DNA of 32,000 nucleotides from Candidatus Babelota bacterium (GTDB lineage Bacteria; Babelota; Babeliae; Babelales; Vermiphilaceae): NCBI GenBank assembly GCA_039809905.1, contig JBDHVY010000001.1, positions 570,001 to 602,000 of the forward strand, read 5' to 3'. Shown piece by piece: positions 25,596 to 32,000 of this stretch (position 1 is its first letter; each line of letters starts with the position of its first letter). The notes under the pieces were generated by a model. It saw only the letters and a program-made list of their open reading frames with translations, ran no database searches and was not told where the DNA came from. The position numbers and the translations under genes were made by a program.

Positions 25596-25874
25596 TTACC
25601 CCTTCGCCTATTATCTTAAGATATATAAATATATATATTAAGAGATAATAATAGGCAGTATGTTTTTTTCAAAAAACTCTTTTTTTTGTATCACCTAAGT
25701 CAAGAAACAATGGATTTACTGTTTTTTATTGCCAGAAAAAAATAATTGTAATAAGCTTTGAGAATAAGACTCGATAATTCGTGCACAGCATTCTTTTTTT
25801 TGCTGCCGTAAGACTCTAGTCAAAAACAATCTCTTTTTGCTGTTATAAAATTCATCATCATTTTGAGGAAGCTT

Positions 25875-26936
25875 GTGAAACTCGCAGACGTAATAGACGA
25901 ATTAGTTGAAGAACGTGGATTAGACAGAGACGCTCTGGGAGCGATTGTTTGCGAAGGTATGCTTGCCGCATATCAACGAAAATACCCAGAACTTGTACTG
26001 AAAGTAGAAGAAGATTCTGCTACAGGGGACCTTGCTGTACTCGTTGAAAAAAAAGTAGTTCCTTCCGTTGATGATGAATATACTGAGGTTTCTTTAAAAA
26101 AAGCTCGCAATATAGACAAAAATATTGCTTTAGATGAGCATCTATGGCTTCCATTCGAAGGACAAATCGGCCGCGTTGAAGTATTGAGGGCGCGCCAAAT
26201 CATTGCAAGCAAAATTAAGCATATCGAAGCTCGCATTGTGTATGATTTGTTCAAAAACAAACAAGGTAAAATCGTTATTGGAACCGTTCATAAAGCTGAA
26301 CGTGGTGGTGTTTCCGTCAAGCTATCCGATGTGTATGCATTTTTACCGTATTCTCTTTCTATTCCCGGTGAAAAATTTGCGATTGGCTACACTATTCGAG
26401 CATTGCTCAAAGACGTGCTCCTTGAGCCACAAGGCGATAATCAGCTTATTCTCGACCGTGCTTCACCAGAATTTTTACAGGCTTTGTTTGAATTAGAGAT
26501 CCCTGAGGTCTTTGAAAAGCTCGTTGAAGTTAAAAAAGTTGTGCGCGCTCCAGGATATAAATCAAAAGTTGCCGTTTTCTCTCACGATAAAAATATTGAT
26601 CCTGTTGGAACATGTGTTGGTGTTGGCGGCAGTAGAATAAAACCAATACTCAAAGAATTAAGTGGCGAAACGATAGACGTGTTCTTGTGGAGTGAATCAT
26701 TGCCTCTTTTTGTAAAAAACTCCCTGAAACCAGCTGTTATCGATCGAGTAGAATTGAATGCTGATAATAGTTCAGCTCGAGTATGGCTTAATGAAGATCA
26801 GCGATCTTTTGCTATTGGTAAAGGTGGCCAAAATATATCTCTTGCAGCTCAGATTACTGGCGTAAATATTCAGCTTGTTCGTGAAGAAGAAGGGCAACAA
26901 CAACAAAGCGAAGAGATTGATGATAGTGTTAATTGA
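25875..26936 (+). CDS. nusA: Transcription termination/antitermination factor NusA
   Basis: S1 domain (GKIVIGTVHKAERGGVSVKL) and KH domains (DPVGTCVGVGGSRIKPILKEL; FAIGKGGQNISLAAQITG). I prefer the GTG at 25875 (GAGGAA SD 4 nt upstream) to the track's TTG at 25863. Confidence 0.9.
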   Translation: MKLADVIDELVEERGLDRDALGAIVCEGMLAAYQRKYPELVLKVEEDSATGDLAVLVEKKVVPSVDDEYTEVSLKKARNIDKNIALDEHLWLPFEGQIGRVEVLRARQIIASKIKHIEARIVYDLFKNKQGKIVIGTVHKAERGGVSVKLSDVYAFLPYSLSIPGEKFAIGYTIRALLKDVLLEPQGDNQLILDRASPEFLQALFELEIPEVFEKLVEVKKVVRAPGYKSKVAVFSHDKNIDPVGTCVGVGGSRIKPILKELSGETIDVFLWSESLPLFVKNSLKPAVIDRVELNADNSSARVWLNEDQRSFAIGKGGQNISLAAQITGVNIQLVREEEGQQQQSEEIDDSVN

Positions 26937-26973
26937 TGATTAAGTTTTAAAAAAAGATGATTAGTTTTTGATT

Positions 26974-29007
26974 ATGCGAATATATGAGTTTGCCCAACTA
27001 AATAATATTTCGAGCAAAGATATCATAGAAAAATTACAGAAAAATGGCTTTGATGTTAAAAGTCACATGTCTGTTTTAGATGAAAAAGCTCTTGATTTTC
27101 TTAATAAGCCGTCATCATCAGTTAATGTAAGCGCTCAAAATATTGAACCATTAAAAGAATTAAAACCCGCTAATCCGATTGAAGATAAAGTGACTCAAGT
27201 ATCATCACACACAAAGACAAAATCATCACAACGACCGTCAAAAGAGATTAAACAGCAGCAAACTCCTGTTACTATTATAAAAAAAGAAGCTTCTGTTGCT
27301 GCTCCTGTTGTAACAGAGCTTGTTGTCCATCAAATGGGACTTTCAGAGCTTGCGGAAAAAATAAAAAAACCCGTCACTGATATTATTATCACTCTTTTGA
27401 GATGGGGTATCGTTGCAACAAAAAATCAAATTCTTTCAGAAGATATAGTTCAACGTCTTGCTCAGCATTATGAAATAACAGTAGTAAAAAATGCTATCAA
27501 ACAAGAATCTAGTGATATTGTTAAAAAAACTACGGCTGGTGCTGTATTAGAAAAAAGACCTCCTGTTGTTGTTGTTGTTGGACATGTTGATCATGGTAAA
27601 ACAACGCTTCTTGATTACATTAGAAAAACTCGTGTTGCGTTTAAAGAAAAAGGCGGAATAACACAACATCTAGGTGCATATGAAGCAACAACTCCTCATG
27701 GAAACATTGTATTTCTTGATACTCCTGGGCATGAAGCATTCGTTAAAATTAGGCAGCGTGGAATAAAAGTTGCTGACATTGTTATTCTTATTGTTGCTGC
27801 TGATGATGGTGTTATGCCACAAACGGTTGAAGCAATAAAATATGCTCTTTCTATGAAAGTTCCTATAGTTGTTGCTGTTAATAAAATTGACAAAGTAGAC
27901 TCGAGTCGACTAGATGTTATTAAGCGTCAGTTGAATCAATACGGTGTTACTGTTGAAGATTGGGGTGGAGATATTATCTGTGTTCCGATTTCTGCAAAAA
28001 CAGGAATGGGTGTTGATAAATTGCTCGAGATGGTCTCTCTGCAAGCTGAGATGATGGAACTACGAGCAGAAAGCAATGTTCCAGCAGATGGTTATATTTT
28101 AGAATCAAGTTCAGAAAAAGGACGAGGTTGGGTTGTAACATTAATAGCTCAAAATGGAATTTTAAAAATTGGTGACTATGTCCTTTGTGGTAATACTTCT
28201 GGTCACATTAGTTCACTATTTGACTCATACGGTAAACGTATAAAAGAAGCTCATCCTGCATTGCCAGTTCAAGCAGCAGGCTTTGATGGCCGTCCTGAAG
28301 CAGGAGACTTTTTTAGAGTCGTATCTAAAAATGAATATTTAAAAGCAAAATCATCGGCAGACGGTAAAAATTCTCTTGCTGGTAAGCGCTTTATATATGA
28401 AAACGGCATTAATATTTTAGTTAAAACAGACAATCACTCATCGCTTGAAGCTGTTGTTGAAGGCATAGACTCTCTCTCTAAAAAACAACAAAAAGGCTTT
28501 AATATTTTGCGTCAAGAAGTTGGCGATGTTAACGAGGGTGATATTGAATTTGCATTTAATACTGGTGCACGCATTATTTGTTTTAATGTAAAAACTGAAT
28601 CAAATGCATTATCTCTAGCTGATCGTAGAAAAGTATCAATACTATACTTTGGCATCATTTATAAATTGCTTGAAGAATTAGAAAGCATTGCAGATGCAGC
28701 AAAAGATATCGAGATGGTTCGTACCAAAATTGGTGAAGCCGTTGTATTGCGTGTGTTCGACATAAAAAAAGTGGGTATTGTTGCCGGAGCTATTATGCGT
28801 GATGGGCGCTTTACTCGCGATGGTTATGCGGTTATCTGGCGTGGAAAAACTAAAGTTGGTGAAGGTAAGTTTACCAGTTTGCAACGAGATAAAAAATCAG
28901 TTAAAGAAGTTTTTGCTGGTTTTGAGTGTGCCTTCATGGTAGATGGTTTTTCTGATTGGGCAGAAGATGATCGTGTAGAATGTTTTATTGATGTTCAAAA
29001 AAAATAA
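26974..29007 (+). CDS. infB: Translation initiation factor IF-2
   Basis: N-terminal [22 protein letters not shown]-domain motifs [17 protein letters not shown] and NKID. The track's TTG at 26968 is an alternative start. Confidence 0.95.
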   Translation: MRIYEFAQLNNISSKDIIEKLQKNGFDVKSHMSVLDEKALDFLNKPSSSVNVSAQNIEPLKELKPANPIEDKVTQVSSHTKTKSSQRPSKEIKQQQTPVTIIKKEASVAAPVVTELVVHQMGLSELAEKIKKPVTDIIITLLRWGIVATKNQILSEDIVQRLAQHYEITVVKNAIKQESSDIVKKTTAGAVLEKRPPVVVVVGHVDHGKTTLLDYIRKTRVAFKEKGGITQHLGAYEATTPHGNIVFLDTPGHEAFVKIRQRGIKVADIVILIVAADDGVMPQTVEAIKYALSMKVPIVVAVNKIDKVDSSRLDVIKRQLNQYGVTVEDWGGDIICVPISAKTGMGVDKLLEMVSLQAEMMELRAESNVPADGYILESSSEKGRGWVVTLIAQNGILKIGDYVLCGNTSGHISSLFDSYGKRIKEAHPALPVQAAGFDGRPEAGDFFRVVSKNEYLKAKSSADGKNSLAGKRFIYENGINILVKTDNHSSLEAVVEGIDSLSKKQQKGFNILRQEVGDVNEGDIEFAFNTGARIICFNVKTESNALSLADRRKVSILYFGIIYKLLEELESIADAAKDIEMVRTKIGEAVVLRVFDIKKVGIVAGAIMRDGRFTRDGYAVIWRGKTKVGEGKFTSLQRDKKSVKEVFAGFECAFMVDGFSDWAEDDRVECFIDVQKK

Positions 29008-29040
29008 GATGATTTGATTTTTTGTGATAAAATGTAAATG

Positions 29041-29068
29041 ACGCCGCTTTATTCGCGGCGTTTTTTTA
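29041..29068 (+). terminator. Rho-independent terminator of nusA-infB
   Basis: ACGCCGC-tttattc-GCGGCGT followed by T7. Confidence 0.85.
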
Positions 29069-29106
29069 GTAGTAAATTTATAAAAAAGTTAGGGTGGGAG
29101 TGTACT

Positions 29107-30828
29107 ATGAAGTCAGCTTCAGAGCTTTCTGTATTATTAGAACAAGTTCGTAATTCATCAGTAAAATTTGTTGTTGTTACGGGTGGAGTTTGTTCATCTA
29201 TTGGCAAGGGAATTCTTATATCTTCTCTTGGTGTTTTACTCAAAGGAGCGGGATATTCAGTTTCCATTCTTAAATGGGATCCTTATTTAAATGTTGATCC
29301 TGGTACAATGTCGCCTCTTGTTCATGGAGAAGTTTTTGTTACAGCAGATGGTGCGGAAACTGATTTAGATCTTGGTCATTATGAACGATTAGTTGGTCTT
29401 AATTTAACAAGAGATTCTTCGGTTACATCGGGTCAAATTTATAAAGAAGTTTTACAAGAAGAGCGGGATGGTCGTTTTTTAGGCAAATGCATTCAATTAG
29501 TTCCGCATGTGGTTGATATTGCAAAAAAGCGTCTTTTACAATTTGCAGTAAAGCATAATGTTGAATTTGTATTGCTTGAAATAGGTGGTACAGCAGGAGA
29601 TATAGAAGGAGAAGTATTTTTAGAAGCAATTCGTCAGCTTAAAATGGATTTGGGGACAAAACATATTATGCATGCCCACTTAAGTTTAGTTCCTTTTCTT
29701 GCGTGGGCTAATGAAGTAAAAACAAAGCCAACACAACATAGTGTTATGGCGTTGCGTAGAGCAGGATTAGTTCCTGATTTTTTGTTTTTACGTGCAGATA
29801 CTGCAATTGATGATCATTCAATTGATAAGCTTTCCCATATGTGTGAAGTAAAAAAAGAATATATTTTTCAGGTATTGACTGTTGACCCTGTGTATAAAAT
29901 ATTTCTTGATCTGCAAGCACAAGGAGTATCCGAAGAAATTCAAAAGTTTTTTAATGTTGCTTCTATTAAGCAATCAAATATTTCGGCATGGCGTAATTTT
30001 ATAGAAAATATAGCGAAAAGCAGAAAAACTCTATCTATTGGGTTAGTTGCAAAATATGTTGGCAGCAATGATCCTTATATTAGCGTTATTGAAGCGATTA
30101 AATCCTCTGCGTATAATCTGAATTATCACGTTAAAATAGTTACTATTGAGGCAGAGCGTTTAGAAAAAGAATTCAATAACCAAGATTCCAGTAGTTCATG
30201 GAAAGATTTAAAAACTGTTGATGGGATTGTTGTACCTGGTGGATTTGACTCACGTGGGGTTGAAGGAAAAATTTTAGCTTGTAAATGGGCTCGAGAAAAT
30301 AAAGTTCCGTATCTCGGTCTTTGTCTTGGTATGCAGATTATGATTATAGAAGGTGCTCGTTCCTTGTTACATTTAAACAAAGCTAATAGTACTGAATTTG
30401 ATGCCACAACAGCTGATCCGGTAATTTGTTTAATGGATGAGCAGCAGCATATAAAAACTAAGGGGGCAAATATGAGATTAGGTTCTTATGTTTGCACAAT
30501 TGACAAAAATACCCTTGCTTATGATGCATATAAAACCAATGAAGTAAAAGAAAGACACAGACATAGATATGAAGTTAATAAAAAATACAAAGAAAGCTTT
30601 GAAAAAGCAGGATTTGTTTTCTCCGGAATCCACACTGATATGGATTTAGTTGAGATCACAGAAGTTAAAGATCATCCGTTTATGATTGGTTCTCAGTTTC
30701 ATCCTGAGTTTCAATCATCACCAATTAATGTGCATCCGCTATTTAATAAGTTCATGGAAGTTGTGGCAAATATCGGTACTGTCAACCGACAGTGTACTCA
30801 AGACAGTCATTTTATAAGAAAAAGTTGA
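29107..30828 (+). CDS. pyrG: CTP synthase
   Basis: I place the start at the ATG at 29107 (GGGAG SD 6 nt upstream), because the upstream part of the track ORF overlaps the infB terminator. VVVTGGVCSSIGKGI is present, and the GATase nucleophile is in LGLCLGMQ. Confidence 0.95.
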   Translation: MKSASELSVLLEQVRNSSVKFVVVTGGVCSSIGKGILISSLGVLLKGAGYSVSILKWDPYLNVDPGTMSPLVHGEVFVTADGAETDLDLGHYERLVGLNLTRDSSVTSGQIYKEVLQEERDGRFLGKCIQLVPHVVDIAKKRLLQFAVKHNVEFVLLEIGGTAGDIEGEVFLEAIRQLKMDLGTKHIMHAHLSLVPFLAWANEVKTKPTQHSVMALRRAGLVPDFLFLRADTAIDDHSIDKLSHMCEVKKEYIFQVLTVDPVYKIFLDLQAQGVSEEIQKFFNVASIKQSNISAWRNFIENIAKSRKTLSIGLVAKYVGSNDPYISVIEAIKSSAYNLNYHVKIVTIEAERLEKEFNNQDSSSSWKDLKTVDGIVVPGGFDSRGVEGKILACKWARENKVPYLGLCLGMQIMIIEGARSLLHLNKANSTEFDATTADPVICLMDEQQHIKTKGANMRLGSYVCTIDKNTLAYDAYKTNEVKERHRHRYEVNKKYKESFEKAGFVFSGIHTDMDLVEITEVKDHPFMIGSQFHPEFQSSPINVHPLFNKFMEVVANIGTVNRQCTQDSHFIRKS

Positions 30829-30893
30829 TCTATAAGAGATCTGATAGTTATAAAAATATTTTTTGTTGCTTTTCGCTGTTTTTGAAATAAAAC

Positions 30894-30925
30894 AACACTG
30901 ATTATGCAAAAACAGTGTTTTCTTA
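30894..30925 (+). terminator. Probable pyrG terminator
   Basis: AACACTG-attatgcaaaaa-CAGTGTT followed by ttcttat. The U-tract is modest. Confidence 0.5.
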
Positions 30926-31156
30926 TGGACTTTTTTTTGTTGTTGCACAAAAAATTTTAAAAAAAAATTGTTTTTCGATTGTGCATGTTTAAAATTGTTA
31001 ATGCTTTAATATTAGATTTCCTTTTATTAGTGGTTAGTTAAAGGGAATGGTTGAAAAAGCACTGTTTTTAGTGACGAGATAATGGATTATGTTTTTAGGT
31101 TATTATACTACAATTTCTTCTTAGCTCATTTAAAGATATAGTCTATTATCTCATTA

Positions 31157-31196
31157 CCCTGACCCCAATTTACGTAAGAGCTTCAATTGGGGACCT
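31157..31196 (-). repeat. GC-rich hairpin motif, copy 3 (minus orientation, 30 nt downstream of the nfo stop)
   Basis: Minus-sense AGGTCCCCAATT-gaagctcttacgta-AATTGGGGTCAGGG with a perfect 8-bp stem. It shares GGTCCCCA, TGGGGT and AGGG with copy 2. Confidence 0.5.
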
Positions 31197-31225
31197 CGTC
31201 AAGAAAGACAAAATTTTTTGCTCAG

Positions 31226-32000
31226 TTAATCCATCCCGAGTTTACTTCGGGTTTTTTTGTTAATTAAGCCTTCTAGAGTATCCATATTTTTTCTATCATC
31301 GGAAAGTTCTGTTTTGGGAGTTTCAAGAATTTTTGGAACATCAAAAAAGCGTGGATCATTAAAAAGAAGCTCAAAAGCTTTCAATCCTATTTTTCCTGTT
31401 CCTATGTCTGCGTGGCGATCAACTCGTGATCCAAGATCTTTAAGAGAATCATTGAGATGAATAGCCTTAATTTTATTGATTCCAATTATTTTATCGAATT
31501 GTTCCCACATATGGTTGTAAGTTTTTTCTGTTCTAAAGTCATAGCCGGCGGCAAATGCATGGCATGTATCAAAGCAAACACCAATTCTTTTTTTATGATG
31601 AGAAAGATCGATGATCTGAGCAAGTTGTTCAAATGTATAGCCGATTTGACTCCCTTGACCTGCCATTGTTTCTAATAAAATGGTGCCATGATGAACTTTT
31701 TCAAGCAATAAGTCTATATTTTTACTAATTTTTTCAATGCAGGATTGTTCATCTCCACTTGTATATGAGCCGGGATGAAGAACAAGGTAAGGTATGCCAA
31801 GATCAGCACATCGTTTAAATTCTACTTCAAGAGCCTCAAAAGACTTTTTTTCGGCCTCATGGCTTGGTGAACCAATATTAAGAAGGTATGATGCATGAAC
31901 AATAATTGATTGTATTGAGGAATTGCTCCACGTTTGCTTGAACATATCTATAGCTTCTTTTTCAAGTGGTTTTGCCTGCCATTGACGGTTACTTTTTGTA
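31226..32000 (-). CDS. nfo: Endonuclease IV (5' end beyond the window)
   Basis: HASYLLNIGSP, LVLHPGS, VCFDTCHAFAAGYD and HLNDS..GSRVDRHADIGTGKIG are present. The frame stays open upstream of the track's Met to position 32000 (..TKSNRQWQAKPLEKEAIDMFK matches the Nfo N-terminal region). Confidence 0.9.
   Translation of the reverse strand, partial: TKSNRQWQAKPLEKEAIDMFKQTWSNSSIQSIIVHASYLLNIGSPSHEAEKKSFEALEVEFKRCADLGIPYLVLHPGSYTSGDEQSCIEKISKNIDLLLEKVHHGTILLETMAGQGSQIGYTFEQLAQIIDLSHHKKRIGVCFDTCHAFAAGYDFRTEKTYNHMWEQFDKIIGINKIKAIHLNDSLKDLGSRVDRHADIGTGKIGLKAFELLFNDPRFFDVPKILETPKTELSDDRKNMDTLEGLINKKTRSKLGMD
31235..31258 (+). terminator. Terminator-like hairpin plus T7 on the + strand, embedded in the 3' end of nfo
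   Basis: CCCGA-gtttact-TCGGG followed by TTTTTTT. It would stop a + strand transcript coming from the 30.93-31.23 kb gap, or pyrG read-through. Confidence 0.35.

Noticed and set aside
25385-25648. 87-aa ORF spanning the repeat region between udg and nusA
   Set aside because: The ORF is created by the 11-bp repeat units and their inverted copies. It has no SD, and the peptide simply mirrors the repeats (..STTYQPLMHHL..). The region is better explained as non-coding repeat or regulatory DNA.
29038-29106. First 23 codons of the track ORF for pyrG (MTPLYSRRFFSSKFIKKLGWECT)
   Set aside because: This stretch overlaps the infB terminator hairpin. A GGGAG SD precedes the ATG at 29107, which yields the canonical CTP synthase N-terminus.
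30739-30948. 69-aa minus-strand ORF overlapping the pyrG 3' end and its terminator
   Set aside because: It overlaps a confident gene and a hairpin terminator. It has no SD, and its K/Q/F-rich composition is typical of noise.
1-32000. Scan of all intergenic gaps for tRNA, rRNA, tmRNA, RNase P or SRP RNA signatures (for example GGTTCGAATCC-type T-loops, GGGGCTGA 5' ends, AAGTCCGGGC)
   Set aside because: None was recognised by eye. The only GC-rich intergenic structures are the terminators and the hairpin family reported above. A covariance-model scan is still needed for a definitive negative.

Overview
This is an AT-rich bacterial chromosomal segment. I recognised no rRNA, tRNA, CRISPR array or transposase. 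A conserved informational and metabolic core (glyA, efp, nusB, rpsA-ndk, ldh, family-4 UDG, nusA-infB, pyrG, nfo) is interleaved with at least 11 lineage-specific proteins that carry N-terminal hydrophobic leaders. These include four beta-propeller proteins, two proteases, an esterase and a CPT-like kinase. That pattern fits a host-associated or intracellular bacterium; a Dependentiae/TM6-like origin is only a guess. The main candidate for something new is at 1-5812: a tandem family of three leader-bearing proteins that fuse a Skp1/BTB(POZ)-like module to a 7-bladed WD40 propeller. This is the architecture of eukaryotic cullin-RING ligase substrate adaptors. Two adjacent copies keep a near-identical promoter and 5' module while their propellers have diverged strongly. 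The second notable locus is 25.30-25.65 kb, an ORF-free region built from nine 11-bp DnaA-box-like units (TTATGCACCAC / TTATCAACCAC). It contains a 28-bp perfect inverted repeat and lies next to an AT-rich tract, so it is a candidate oriC or iteron-type control region. Smaller observations: a GC-rich hairpin family (GGTCCCCA...TGGGGT) at three sites; a roughly 400-bp ORF-free gap before nfo; a small protein ending in a CaaX-like CSCTLL; an Ndk with an acidic Cys-rich tail; and a recurring Met-Asp/Glu motif just after the leader h-region. All domain calls come from motif recognition by eye. No database search, HMM or RNA-folding computation was possible.
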